Shown: one piece after another, positions 1 to 9,634 of the stretch | How the letters are laid out: each line of letters begins with the position of its first letter | How positions within the stretch are numbered: the first letter of the stretch is position 1 | From: an uncultured virus (IMG/VR IMGVR_UViG_3300020213_000028) | Lineage: Duplodnaviria > Heunggongvirae > Uroviricota > Caudoviricetes | IMG/VR virus record: IMGVR_UViG_3300020213_000028 | Length of the DNA: 64,000 nt | Direction: 5' to 3' (one strand) | The notes under the pieces: generated by a model | Told to the model about the DNA's origin: nothing | Seen by the model: only the letters and a program-made list of their open reading frames with translations | The model's database searches: none | Translations under genes and position numbers: made by a program

Positions 1-49
1 GTCCACGACCGTCAGAATTGCACCGCCTGTGTAGATTCGCACGGTCATA

Positions 50-274
50 TTAGAGACCTAGCGCAGCGATAGCGTCTAGATCGGTCTGACCTTCAACGGT
101 CGCTGCATCCGTTGTCTTGCGGGTGTTGGCCCGGGCCTTGATTTCGGCGATGGCTGATTCCAACGCCATGATGCGCGCCTGAGCCGTTGCCAGCGCCGCG
201 GACTGATCGACCGGCGGATCCCCATCGATGACGATGGGCGCCGCTTCGGTTGCGGAGTTGTAATAAAGTTTCAT
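50..274 (-). CDS. hypothetical protein (virion operon)
   Basis: ATG at 274 with GGAG RBS; short coiled-coil-like stretch; another minus-strand gene starts at 48 and runs off the window. Confidence 0.6.
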   Translation of the reverse strand: MKLYYNSATEAAPIVIDGDPPVDQSAALATAQARIMALESAIAEIKARANTRKTTDAATVEGQTDLDAIAALGL

Positions 275-384
275 GTTGTGCTCCAATAAAACGCCGAGGG
301 CAGCCCGATATCGTCGGCCTGGTGAGCCGGCCAAGCAAGCGTGATAGCAGTGCTGTCCGCCCGATAAGTGGGAGACGGCACGGC

Positions 385-786
385 TTAGGTCAGCTGGGCT
401 TTGAACGTGAACTGGATCGAGTCGCCGTTCGCCAGGTTGACGACAGCGAACGTGGCCGACAGGAACAAGCTGCCGGCGGTCGAGGCGTCGAACAGCCCAG
501 CCTCGTCGACGACGCGCGCCGCGGAGGCGGTCACAGTGCCGAGGACCTGATAGGTGTCGCCGGTTGTGGTCGTGGTGACGATCGATTCCGTGCCGGACGT
601 ACGCGCCTCCACGGCAGTCGACAGGGCGGTGTCGCCGACGACGGCGGTACGGGCGGCGCCGGTTGCGCCTACGCCCATGCCGATGAACTTCGGCGAGGTC
701 GTGTAGGTGGCTGGCGTGGTGCGGATGCGGTCAGCAAAGATAGCCTTGCCGATGGTGGTGATAACGGTTGCAGTTGCGAATGGCAT
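385..786 (-). CDS. virion structural protein (tail-associated, Thr/Ala-rich)
   Basis: 133 aa, GAGG RBS, ends in NLANGDSIQFTFK typical of small tail proteins; lies in the structural operon. Confidence 0.65.
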   Translation of the reverse strand: MPFATATVITTIGKAIFADRIRTTPATYTTSPKFIGMGVGATGAARTAVVGDTALSTAVEARTSGTESIVTTTTTGDTYQVLGTVTASAARVVDEAGLFDASTAGSLFLSATFAVVNLANGDSIQFTFKAQLT

Positions 787-810
787 GGTGGGCCTCTTTG
801 CGAATGGCGC

Positions 811-1035
811 TTACGCGCTGATTGCTCGACGCGCCCAAAAGGCGAGACGTCGGAGCGGGTTCTGGTGCCAGTACGCGATGACCCCAAGGTCTTCGCTGCC
901 CTGCGGCTGCGGGCATGGTTTGCCGAATTGACCATGCCAGTAGACCTGGGCTTTCTGGTTCGGCGAACATCCGCAGCGAGTAACGATCGCGCTGACCTCC
1001 ACCATCTTTTTGCCTTGCGTTCCGACTACGTTCAC
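811..1035 (-). CDS. hypothetical protein
   Basis: 74 aa, ATGA overlap with the upstream gene. Confidence 0.5.
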   Translation of the reverse strand: MNVVGTQGKKMVEVSAIVTRCGCSPNQKAQVYWHGQFGKPCPQPQGSEDLGVIAYWHQNPLRRLAFWARRAISA

Positions 1036-1640
1036 GGAGTTCCCTTTGTGATTTCTTTCGAGAGCGTTACTGGGCCGTACGTGAGTCTCGTGACTACGCC
1101 GGTGGCGCTCATGAGCTCGAGGTCGTAAACCGCGGCGGTGAAGCTGAGCGCGGCCGTGTCAGTGGCGGTGATGTCCACCTCCACCAGCGCGAAGGCACTT
1201 AGGGTGATGCCCCCGTTTTCCGTAGTCAGCGAGACCAGCGCTGCAGTCGCGCTGTAGCTCGTCTTGACCTTCATGCGCGCGGTGTAGCCCGCCAAGTCAA
1301 CAGGGGGGGTGAGCTTGAGGAAGCCGGCGACGGTCGGGGCCGCCAGCCCAGTGGTGTTCACGTCGAGCGAGAGGGTGTTGGCGTCGATGTAGGTCGCGTA
1401 GCTGCGGTCGGCCGGCAGCTCCGACTCGGAGTTCAAGATGACTGGGGCGCCGGTGACGCCGAGCACCGTGACAGGCGTGTCGCCCGCAGGCAGGCCGTGG
1501 GCAGTGACGGTCAGCAGCGTCGGATACCCGCGCGTGACGGCAGTAATCGTCTTGATCACATCGGCGCCGGCGTACCAGTAGATCGGGACGTGGAAGGTCG
1601 CGCCTTGGAGGATCACGAGTGGTAGCTTCTTAGCCATCAC
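1032..1640 (-). CDS. virion structural protein
   Basis: VDLAGYTARMKVK and AVYDLEL motifs common in phage tail/baseplate-associated proteins. Confidence 0.6.
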   Translation of the reverse strand: MMAKKLPLVILQGATFHVPIYWYAGADVIKTITAVTRGYPTLLTVTAHGLPAGDTPVTVLGVTGAPVILNSESELPADRSYATYIDANTLSLDVNTTGLAAPTVAGFLKLTPPVDLAGYTARMKVKTSYSATAALVSLTTENGGITLSAFALVEVDITATDTAALSFTAAVYDLELMSATGVVTRLTYGPVTLSKEITKGTP

Positions 1641-2302
1641 AGGCCTCCGTAGGAGATCAGACGAGGTTTGTGCTTGCGCTGCGACTTCGCGATCTTCGCG
1701 AGCGCGCAGTACGCTGTGAACTTCGCCATCTCTTCGGCGGCGCTGGTCTTGTCGTAGGTGTCGGCGTTCTGCTTCGAGTAGGCTAGGTGCTTCATCCAGA
1801 GCATGAGGGCGCGCTGGTGCTGCTCCGCCACTTCGAACTCCGCCTCGGTGGTCAGCGCCTCCAAGGGCAGGCGGTCGATGACCAGGTCAATGGTGTCGTC
1901 GGCCTCGGGCACCTGGACGAGTCGGATCAGGCCCTCGTCCATACCGATGACGATCGCCAGCACCGGCCCTGCGGTGTTCATGTACTGCCGCGTGTACTGG
2001 CGGCTGTTGTCGGCATGGCTCAGATCCTCGTAGTTGAGGACCTTGACGTCGCGCTCCGTGCTGCGCAGCGCCGCGCCGCGGATGTTCATGATCTTCTGCG
2101 AGTACGGCGCGGTCTTCTCACCGCTGGTGATGGGCAGCTCGCACAACGTCGACGTCGAGTCCTGCAGCCCGCCGGTGAGCTGGCAGAACATGGACTCGGC
2201 ATCGGTCATGTAAGACCACACCTCGACGTCGCTCCACAGGTACGGCGCCGACGTGTCGACCACGTCAGCGCGGAACAGCCCATAGAGCGCCAGCGGCGTC
2301 AT
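1637..2302 (-). CDS. putative head-tail adaptor protein
   Basis: 221 aa downstream of capsid genes; PYLWSD and LAYSKQNADTYD motifs typical of podovirus adaptor-like proteins. Confidence 0.6.
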   Translation of the reverse strand: MTPLALYGLFRADVVDTSAPYLWSDVEVWSYMTDAESMFCQLTGGLQDSTSTLCELPITSGEKTAPYSQKIMNIRGAALRSTERDVKVLNYEDLSHADNSRQYTRQYMNTAGPVLAIVIGMDEGLIRLVQVPEADDTIDLVIDRLPLEALTTEAEFEVAEQHQRALMLWMKHLAYSKQNADTYDKTSAAEEMAKFTAYCALAKIAKSQRKHKPRLISYGGL

Positions 2303-2303
2303 G

Positions 2304-2693
2304 TCACGCCTTCGCCAGTTCGTTCTTGACCTTGTTCCAGATCGGGTCGAGCTCTTCGTCGCCCACGCTCAGCTTCGTTTCCTTGGCCAGCGTGTTCTTG
2401 TTCGGCTTGCCGCCGGCGGTGAAATCGCCCGGCTGGTTGCGCAGGGCCATCTTGCGCACGGCGTCTTCGATGGCCGGGCCGCGGTCGTTCTCATCGATCG
2501 CCTTCTGCTTGATGTCTTCCAGCACGACGCGCACGGCGGCGTCACTCTCGTCGACTACCTTGCCTCCAACCGCGATCACCGCGGCGACGAGCTTGCTCGG
2601 CACCTCGACGGCGACGCCGGGGGCAAAGCGGAACGAGAGGCCGATCTTCGAGACAAATACGAACTCGTCCGTGCGGTTCATCAACATCTTCAT
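2304..2693 (-). CDS. hypothetical protein (head operon)
   Basis: 129 aa with GGAG RBS; DFTAGGKP motif seen in post-capsid phage proteins. Confidence 0.65.
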   Translation of the reverse strand: MKMLMNRTDEFVFVSKIGLSFRFAPGVAVEVPSKLVAAVIAVGGKVVDESDAAVRVVLEDIKQKAIDENDRGPAIEDAVRKMALRNQPGDFTAGGKPNKNTLAKETKLSVGDEELDPIWNKVKNELAKA

Positions 2694-2705
2694 TTGCTGT
2701 GGCTC

Positions 2706-3053
2706 CTAGACTGCCTGAGCGGCCGCTTGTAAATCCCTCGAAAGAGTTCGAGTCCGGCGCCCGTTAAGAAAATCGCCCGGCAGCTCCAAAAACTTCTCTT
2801 GGACCTTCAACCAGACGAGGTAGAAATCAGGTGGTGCGACTACCCTTCGGGCGGAGCCCCCAGCGCGCGAGATCCGAGGGCTGGACGCTCGAGGGTGGTT
2901 GAGCCCCGCGACCTTCACATTCACGCTATGAAACACGGCGTCTCGCTCAATGACAAAATCGTAAGAAGCGTTGTGCACCAGAGAAACGAGAATTCGATAC
3001 CCCCGCTTCGCGTAGTACGCGTGACCCAGCAACTCCGCGGCATCCCAGTTCAA
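2706..3053 (-). CDS. PD-(D/E)xK endonuclease, putative free-standing homing endonuclease (PDDEXK_5-like)
   Basis: AELLGHAYYAKRGYRILV..YDFVIE..FHSVNVK resembles the E..G..YD..QVK pattern; more AT-rich than neighbours; TTG start. Confidence 0.55.
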   Translation of the reverse strand: MNWDAAELLGHAYYAKRGYRILVSLVHNASYDFVIERDAVFHSVNVKVAGLNHPRASSPRISRAGGSARRVVAPPDFYLVWLKVQEKFLELPGDFLNGRRTRTLSRDLQAAAQAV

Positions 3054-3060
3054 GATAGAT

Positions 3061-3085
3061 GGGGAGAGGCTTGTGGCCCCTCCCC
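3061..3085 (-). terminator. hairpin after capsid-associated gene
   Basis: GGGGAGGGG-ccacaag-CCTCTCCCC stem-loop just after the stop at 3092; weak U-tract. Confidence 0.45.
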
Positions 3086-3091
3086 GCCCTC

Positions 3092-3532
3092 TTAGGTCGG
3101 GTACGCCTCGTTGGCACGACCGTCGACGATGAAGTCGACAACCAACAGGCCGACGCCCGTGGTGCAGACGTCCGCGTTGGTGATCTGCACCCGGATCGGC
3201 AGGCCGCCGACGTTCTTGTAGCCGGGAGCCAGAAGTGCGCTGACACCGACCGCCTTCACGTCTGCGGTTGCGAAGTACCGATCAGCGTCGACGCTGTCGC
3301 CGACGATCACGGCGAACGACGCCGTATCGAAGGCCGTCGTCCGGACGATCGACCCGCCGGTGACAATCGAGCCCACCGGCATATTGATGATGTCGAATGA
3401 CGTCGCGGCGATGTTCGTCAGACCGAAGTCCTTCGACGCCGCCGTGATGTCCAGCATCGTGTCGCTGAAGGTGAATGCGAAGCTGGCCGTCAGTTTGAAC
3501 TGAGCCGAGCGCGCTGCTTTGAGGATAGCCAT
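3092..3532 (-). CDS. putative capsid decoration/minor capsid protein
   Basis: 146 aa beta-rich ORF immediately after the major capsid gene. Confidence 0.55.
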   Translation of the reverse strand: MAILKAARSAQFKLTASFAFTFSDTMLDITAASKDFGLTNIAATSFDIINMPVGSIVTGGSIVRTTAFDTASFAVIVGDSVDADRYFATADVKAVGVSALLAPGYKNVGGLPIRVQITNADVCTTGVGLLVVDFIVDGRANEAYPT

Positions 3533-3544
3533 GGTCAGTTCCTT

Positions 3545-4660
3545 TTAGACGGCGGTGTAGCAAACGATGACGCCGAAGTCCTGCACGGTGTTACCCGAGT
3601 ACATCGAGTTGAACTTGGGCTTCAACATGCCCGTCACCTTGCCGACTTCGATGCCTTGCTGGTTGTCGTAGTCGAAGCCCTTCTCGTTCCACTCAGCGGT
3701 GCCGATGTCGGCAAAGCCCAGCGCCTGAGCGCCGCAGAACAGGAGGTATTGGCCCTCAACGTCGAGGCCCACGCCGAACTTGCCGACGCCCGACGTCGCG
3801 CCCGAAGTGTTCGGGACGTGGCGGAACTCGTGCAGGTACAGGCCGTCCATCTTCACGACGTCGCCGGTGAACAGCCCGTTGTCCTCGCCGCGCTTTTGGG
3901 CGTAGCGGAGATTCGCGATGTAGTCCGGATCCAGCTTCAAGGCCGCCATGCCATCCGGCGTCATGAAGACGTGGTAGGACTCTTCGCCGCCTTCGCTGCG
4001 CACGCCGCGCATGTATTGATTCTTGGCGTAGGCTTTCAGGCGCACCAGCATCTTGTAGGACGGGGTGTCAGCTGCGACGACGTCAGTCGTGGCGGCGGAG
4101 GTGACCACCGCCAACGTGCCGAAGTCCCAGCGCACGCGCCGGGCGGAGGTGGCCCCCGACACGTCTGCGGCGTACTCGAGCTGCGGGAGGTCCGAGATCA
4201 CGCGCGTCGAGCCGTCGGGCTTGGTCGTGTAAGCCAAGCCGGCGAGCGTCAGGAACGCGAGCTGGTCGGTGCGGTCGGCGAGCCAGTACGACAGCTGGTC
4301 TTTCGCGGCTTCGCGGAAGTTGATGATCGACTTTTGGTCGGCCATCTTGCCTTCGTGGCGCGCGGCGTTGCGCAGCTGGTCAACGCGGATGACCTGGTCG
4401 TAGGACTTCAGGCCCTCTTCGTTGCCTTCCAACTGGCGGTCGCCGGCAACGCCGTCGCCTTCCATGTCGGCCAGCAGCGTGATGACAGCGCGGGCGCCCT
4501 TCTTCGACTGGGTCAGCTCGGTGATGTGGTGCACCATCGAGTTCGCACTCTTGCCCAGGAACTTGTTGATGAACGACATGTTCCGTGCGGCTTTCCACGT
4601 GTCCATCGACCAGACGGTCTTCTGCTCCGTGGTGAGCAGGCTGAAATTGGTCATCGTCAT
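3545..4660 (-). CDS. major capsid protein (N4-gp56/DUF4043-like)
   Basis: 371 aa; DGVAGDRQLEGNEE, IRVDQLRNA, LFCGAQALGFADIG, FDYDNQQG motifs; follows portal and scaffold. Confidence 0.9.
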   Translation of the reverse strand: MTMTNFSLLTTEQKTVWSMDTWKAARNMSFINKFLGKSANSMVHHITELTQSKKGARAVITLLADMEGDGVAGDRQLEGNEEGLKSYDQVIRVDQLRNAARHEGKMADQKSIINFREAAKDQLSYWLADRTDQLAFLTLAGLAYTTKPDGSTRVISDLPQLEYAADVSGATSARRVRWDFGTLAVVTSAATTDVVAADTPSYKMLVRLKAYAKNQYMRGVRSEGGEESYHVFMTPDGMAALKLDPDYIANLRYAQKRGEDNGLFTGDVVKMDGLYLHEFRHVPNTSGATSGVGKFGVGLDVEGQYLLFCGAQALGFADIGTAEWNEKGFDYDNQQGIEVGKVTGMLKPKFNSMYSGNTVQDFGVIVCYTAV

Positions 4661-4692
4661 GATGCGCCTCTCTTCAGAATTGAAGATTTGTA

Positions 4693-4795
4693 CTTAGACG
4701 AGTGGCCTTTAACGCCGGCCAATCTAAGGAGGCGGATGCACGCTCTGACGCGGCGCGGGGCGGCCCCACTGTCGCAGGGGCGCTCGATAAGCGCA
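4693..4795 (-). promoter_or_regulatory. structured leader of the capsid gene (three hairpins with related 9-nt loops)
   Basis: minus-strand stems close loops UGCGACAGU, CGCGUCAGA and GGCGUUAAA. Confidence 0.55.
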
Positions 4796-4800
4796 TGATA

Positions 4801-5787
4801 CTACGTAACAATGTCGCCGCGCAACTTCGATTTCTCGTCTGCAGTGAGTTTGCTGAAGGCGTCGTAAGACATGCTGGAAGGTTTGGCCGTTGTTAGACCC
4901 GACTTGTCAGAGTCGAGCCCGGTCTTCAGCTCGGGCGCCTGGCGATTCGCCGCGTCCGTGGCAGCCTTGACCGCGCCGGCCTTGCGCTCGGCCTCGATCT
5001 TCCCTTTGGCGGCCGGCGCCGCGGCCGGTTCAGAATCGAGACCAAACTTGGCCACAGCCAGCTCGACTGCCTCCCGCAAGGCCTCAGCCGGCGACGAGCC
5101 GGTGCGCTCGAAGCGGTCCTGCAGACCCGCCACAAAGTCGACCTGTTCCTGGCTGTAGTCGGCGTGAGCATCGTCGAAGACTGGGTAGTTGGCCTTGTAG
5201 AGGTCCACCAGCTCGGTGATCGTCTGGACGTTGTTGGCCTCGCGCCCGTGAGCGTTGGCCAGCTCGGCAGACTCGATCGCGCTGATCCGGCGGTTGGCCG
5301 CCAGGATCTCCTTCATTACGTCCCGGGCCTTGTCCAGCTCGCCGTCGGCGAGGAACTTCCCGTACTCATCGGTCTTCGTCTCAATCTCAGTCGCCAGAGC
5401 CGCGCTGTCCGCTGTGGCGTCCTTGGAGAGGCGCCCTTCCAAATCTTTGATCTGCCCCTCGAGCGCCGCGATGCGCGTGCGGGCCTTCGTGTTCACCTCG
5501 TCGAAGCGGGCCTTCGGAATGGTGAGGGTCGCCTTGACTGGGGCCTCCGGCAGAAACTTGCCGTCCGGGCCTCGCGGGCGCTCTTCGTCCTTCTTCTCGT
5601 CGACTTTCGCCTCGGGATCCTTGAGGGGGTCCGGCGGAATGACGGGGGGCTCGACGACTACCTCCGGCTCGGTCGTGACTGCGACCTCGGGCGGCAGGGC
5701 GAAGCTGTCTCCACGGTCAGCCTTGGGCTCTACAACAGGGGCCTCAACAACCGGGGCGACGACTTCGACGATGGCTTCTTGGGTCAT
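4801..5787 (-). CDS. capsid scaffolding protein
   Basis: acidic Pro/Glu-rich N-terminus, RGPDGKF and IPKARFDEVN motifs, coiled coil, ends KLRGDIV; between portal and capsid. Confidence 0.8.
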   Translation of the reverse strand: MTQEAIVEVVAPVVEAPVVEPKADRGDSFALPPEVAVTTEPEVVVEPPVIPPDPLKDPEAKVDEKKDEERPRGPDGKFLPEAPVKATLTIPKARFDEVNTKARTRIAALEGQIKDLEGRLSKDATADSAALATEIETKTDEYGKFLADGELDKARDVMKEILAANRRISAIESAELANAHGREANNVQTITELVDLYKANYPVFDDAHADYSQEQVDFVAGLQDRFERTGSSPAEALREAVELAVAKFGLDSEPAAAPAAKGKIEAERKAGAVKAATDAANRQAPELKTGLDSDKSGLTTAKPSSMSYDAFSKLTADEKSKLRGDIVT

Positions 5788-8012
5788 TTTGCTGCCTTTT
5801 TAGTGGGGGTCTTCGGTTTCGCCTTGGCGACCTTGATGGCGCTGTCGGCCTTCTCTTTGTTCTGCTTCGAGGAATGTTTCGCCTTCTGCTCGTTCTGCGC
5901 AGTGCTGTGGGCCTGCGCCTTGTCAGCCTGGTGGTCCGATACCGCGGCGTCGCCGACTTTGGTGGTGATCTCGTGCTGCTGATCGCGGGCCTGCATGCCC
6001 GCCTGGTGGTCCATCTCCTCGCGCTTCAGCATGTGGTCGGCCGCCTGCTTGGAGCGCTCGGCCCGGTTCTTGAGGATCTGCGTGGCCATCCCCTCGCCGC
6101 CGTCCTTGCCGGCCGGGCCGGGCGCCGCCGTGGCAATCTCCGCCGACTTGGCCTGGGCGTTCGCCGTGCGCAACAGCGCGTCGGCGGTGGTGGCCTTGGC
6201 CTCGGCTTCGATCTTGTCAACCTGGCCGACCTGCGCGCGCAGCGCCAGCTGCTTCTGCTCCTGCGCCTCGGGGCCGGAGCTGGCCTCGGTGAGCTCGCGC
6301 ACCAGCGCGCGCTTCTCGCGGAGGAGCGAATGGCTGATGATGACGTGGTCGGGAATCTGGATCCCCAGCTGCTTCATGGCCACGGCCTGGTCAAACTCGC
6401 TCTCTTCCTGCGTGTCCTTCGGCGGCATCGTGGTGATGACGATGTCATACTCGCCCAGCGTCAGGTCGTTGGTGATGCGCCCAACAGCGTCGTCGAACTG
6501 GTTGAGCTTGATGAACTGCTCGTCATCATTCTCCATCGAAGCCGCGGTGACCGGGTTGTCGAAAGTGACGCGGTAGATCCGCGGCTCCGTGTAGAACCGC
6601 TGGAAGCACGCCAGCACCCGCTTCGCGAGCAAGTACCGCGTGCGGTTCAGGTTGTCCTGCAGCCGCAGCTGGCTCACGCCCTGGCGCGCGCCCTTGGCCT
6701 TGATCGCCTTCGCCGCGACGTCTTCGCGGTCGTTGCCGAGCGAGGTGTCGGTAACGTTGGAGATCGTCTTGATGTGCTCCTCCGCCTTGAAGCTGATGCG
6801 CTCCAGGCCGGTGGGGATGGTGTTCGGCAGGATCTTCTCAGCGTCCTTGGGGTCGTCGAGCTCGAGCACGATGCCGGTCATGGCGCCGCGGGCCTCCAGC
6901 TCCTCGGTCGACATCCCTTTGAGCGAGCCCGTCTTGAGCTTCCATCCGGAGTTCGCCGTGGTGTTGACGACGTGCAGCTCCTGCGAGCTGACCTTATTCA
7001 ACAGCTCTTGCGGGTCGAGCAAGTTCTCCACCACGCCGATCGTCTTGCCGTGGCGGAACATGGGGAAGTACGGCACGATCGTGTTCGAGTCATAGGGCGA
7101 CCACTCGTCGTGCAAGAGCACGCCGCCGGCGGTCGTTGTCCAGCGCCAGCGCTCGGTGAGCTTGTCGATGACCCCCAGGCCGTAAGTGTCCATGACCAGC
7201 TTGATCTTCTCGCGGTCCCAGCTTTCGGGCACAGGGCGCATGTCGCCGGTCAGGAGGTCCACGAAGAACTTCGCCTTTGTGAGTTTCTTGTGCTGGCGGT
7301 CGAGCACGCGCAGGTTGCGCTGGATCTCGGGCGCGGCGCCGGCGCTGCCGTAGTAGTTCATGTTCCCGCCGAAGCGCTCGTTGGAGCGCTGCATGGCGTC
7401 CATGTCGGTGGCCAGTGCGCCGCCGGCGCCGGCTTCCAAGGCGTCGGCGAACTTCTTGCCGTACTGGACCTCGATGTCGTTCGGCGCGAGCCACTTCGTG
7501 TGGATCACGTCTTTCCAAGTGTCCGGGTCGTAGTCTTCCGCGTCCGGGTCGATGACGATGTTGCGGGGGTTCGGCACCGTGATGGCCACCTCGCCCTGCA
7601 TCGAGTCCTTGAAGCCCAGGCGCACGTCGTAGAACCCGCGCGAGGTGATCGCGCCGTCCTCGAACACGTCGGTCTCGAGCCACTGCAGCATGTTGTTCTG
7701 CGCCGTCTGCTTGAACAGCAGCTCTAGCACCGTCGACAGATTTTCGCCGTTGGCGTGCAGCGGCTTGAAGGTGGTCTCCGCGCGCGTGTTGATCTGGTCG
7801 CCAGTGAGGCTATTCACCGTCGAGAGGACCTTATTGATCGTCAGCGCCGGCCGCCGGACCGAGGCGAGCAGGGCCTTGTCAACGGGGTCCCATTGATCGC
7901 CGCGGTAGAAGCGGTCGCACTTGTTGGCTTTGTCGATGAACTCGAGGTGGCCGTTGTCGCGCATGTAGATGTAGCGGACCCATTGGTCGTAGGCGATGGC
8001 GTCATGGCTCAT
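5784..8012 (-). CDS. portal protein (P22-like, long C-terminal helical extension)
   Basis: FYRGDQW, RPALTINK, IDPDA..YD and GEYDIVI motifs; ATG 8012 with GAGG RBS; follows terminase. Confidence 0.88.
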   Translation of the reverse strand: MSHDAIAYDQWVRYIYMRDNGHLEFIDKANKCDRFYRGDQWDPVDKALLASVRRPALTINKVLSTVNSLTGDQINTRAETTFKPLHANGENLSTVLELLFKQTAQNNMLQWLETDVFEDGAITSRGFYDVRLGFKDSMQGEVAITVPNPRNIVIDPDAEDYDPDTWKDVIHTKWLAPNDIEVQYGKKFADALEAGAGGALATDMDAMQRSNERFGGNMNYYGSAGAAPEIQRNLRVLDRQHKKLTKAKFFVDLLTGDMRPVPESWDREKIKLVMDTYGLGVIDKLTERWRWTTTAGGVLLHDEWSPYDSNTIVPYFPMFRHGKTIGVVENLLDPQELLNKVSSQELHVVNTTANSGWKLKTGSLKGMSTEELEARGAMTGIVLELDDPKDAEKILPNTIPTGLERISFKAEEHIKTISNVTDTSLGNDREDVAAKAIKAKGARQGVSQLRLQDNLNRTRYLLAKRVLACFQRFYTEPRIYRVTFDNPVTAASMENDDEQFIKLNQFDDAVGRITNDLTLGEYDIVITTMPPKDTQEESEFDQAVAMKQLGIQIPDHVIISHSLLREKRALVRELTEASSGPEAQEQKQLALRAQVGQVDKIEAEAKATTADALLRTANAQAKSAEIATAAPGPAGKDGGEGMATQILKNRAERSKQAADHMLKREEMDHQAGMQARDQQHEITTKVGDAAVSDHQADKAQAHSTAQNEQKAKHSSKQNKEKADSAIKVAKAKPKTPTKKAAK

Positions 8013-8026
8013 GGAATTCCCCTCAG

Positions 8027-9634
8027 TTAGGCAGCCATCGCCGACGGCTGGCCGAGGCCGCGCAGGTTCCGGAGCTTGTCTTTCCAGGACTTGACGACCT
8101 TGCTTTTGGGCACCGGTGGCGGCGCGCGGCCGACACACATCTGCGCAGCCCAGGCAAGGGCGTCGACCTGGTCATCGTGATTGCCACCGGCCTGGAACCG
8201 GAGCATTTCCCGCTCGAGCGCCGGGTACCACGGCGCCCCTTTGTTGAAGTAGACCTTCTTGTGCTGCATGCGGCCCTGCAACGGCGTCGCGCGCACGGCT
8301 TTGTCGGTGATCGGCTTCAGGAGCTCGATCGACGGGTAGAGCTGCCGCTCCTGGCAGCGTTTCTTCCAGATCGCGCTGATCGAGCGCCAGATCTGCCCAT
8401 CCTCCACGCCGATGCGCAGCGGGAGGTGCTTCTCATACGCGTCGAGCATGCGGTCGACGATCAAAAACCCATCCTCGGACTTGAAGCGGTCCATGTCGCG
8501 CACTTCGAGGCAGTCGTCGCTGTCCTGCACGACCGTGACGCCGGCGGTGCTGTCGGCCTTCTGCTTCTCAGTGATCGCGAAGTCCCAGGCTTGGTAGCAG
8601 TACCCCTTCGGGCGGTCGAGACCAGGGATCTGCACCACACTCAGGAACTGGTCCTTGGCGAAGAACACCCCGTCGTCGGGCACTGGGTTCTGCTGGTAGA
8701 GCGCCGACCAGTGGCGCTTGGTCAAGGTCTTCTCAATCCGCTTCAGCATCGGCAACGTGTAGCGATCCTCGTGCAGCGATTCGCCGACCTTGCGCACGAG
8801 GAGCGCGCCGGCGGGGATCTCATCGGTCGACGGCCGGTACAGGTTGTAGTCGGCGTCGAGGTACTCATCCTCTTCAGCAATCGCCGGGAACCGAATGATT
8901 TCGAACTGGTCGGCCTCAGGGTCCTCGGCCATCTGCAGCTGGATCCGGCCGGCGCCGTCGTCCTCGTTCCACCACGTTTGAATCCACAGCACGCCGCCGC
9001 CGGGAGAGAGCCGGGTGTAGGCCGTGGAGCCATACCAGTCCCACAGCTGGTCGCGGATCAGCAAGGAGTCCGCCTCGATCGCGTTCTTGATCGGGTCGTC
9101 GATCGCCAGGACGTGCGCGCCCTTCCCGGTGATGCCGCCTCCGACGCCGGCGGCAATGTAGCCGCCGCCCTCGGTCGTCAGCCACGCCTCGGTGGCCTGG
9201 CTATCCGGGTCTAACTTGCTGTTTTCAAAGGTTTTTTCGTACATCGGGTCGCGCAGCAGCGCGCGCACCTTGCGGGAGAACCCGGTCGGCAGGGAGATGT
9301 TGTAGGACGCCGCGATCAGCTCGTGGTGTGGGTACCGGCCGAGGTGCCAAGCCGGGAACATCTCGCTGGCCAGCGTGGACTTCCCGTGCCGCGGCGGCAT
9401 CAGAATCAGCAGCCTGGGCGACTGCTCCAGCTCGACGGCCTTGCTGAAGACCTCGAGCTTCCGACAGATCGCCTTGTGCACCCAGCCGGCCTTGTACCGC
9501 GGGCGGTGCTGCTCCACGAACGGGAGCAGGCGCCGGCGCTGCAGCTCGCGCTTCGCGACGGCCGCGCGCGCGGCCAGGGCGCGGTCAGCGATCCGATCGT
9601 TCTGGAATTTCGCGAAGTTAGGCGGGTATGCCAT
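8027..9634 (-). CDS. terL: terminase large subunit
   Basis: Walker A MPPRHGKS, GITGKGAHVLAIDDPIK, WSALYQQNP, AWDFA and HDDQVDA nuclease motifs. Confidence 0.95.
   Translation of the reverse strand: MAYPPNFAKFQNDRIADRALAARAAVAKRELQRRRLLPFVEQHRPRYKAGWVHKAICRKLEVFSKAVELEQSPRLLILMPPRHGKSTLASEMFPAWHLGRYPHHELIAASYNISLPTGFSRKVRALLRDPMYEKTFENSKLDPDSQATEAWLTTEGGGYIAAGVGGGITGKGAHVLAIDDPIKNAIEADSLLIRDQLWDWYGSTAYTRLSPGGGVLWIQTWWNEDDGAGRIQLQMAEDPEADQFEIIRFPAIAEEDEYLDADYNLYRPSTDEIPAGALLVRKVGESLHEDRYTLPMLKRIEKTLTKRHWSALYQQNPVPDDGVFFAKDQFLSVVQIPGLDRPKGYCYQAWDFAITEKQKADSTAGVTVVQDSDDCLEVRDMDRFKSEDGFLIVDRMLDAYEKHLPLRIGVEDGQIWRSISAIWKKRCQERQLYPSIELLKPITDKAVRATPLQGRMQHKKVYFNKGAPWYPALEREMLRFQAGGNHDDQVDALAWAAQMCVGRAPPPVPKSKVVKSWKDKLRNLRGLGQPSAMAA

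Noticed and set aside
3656..9214. Long plus-strand ORFs opposite capsid, portal and terminase (similar ones at 43480-50265)
   Set aside because: Antisense shadows of high-GC3 genes, with no RBS or recognisable motifs
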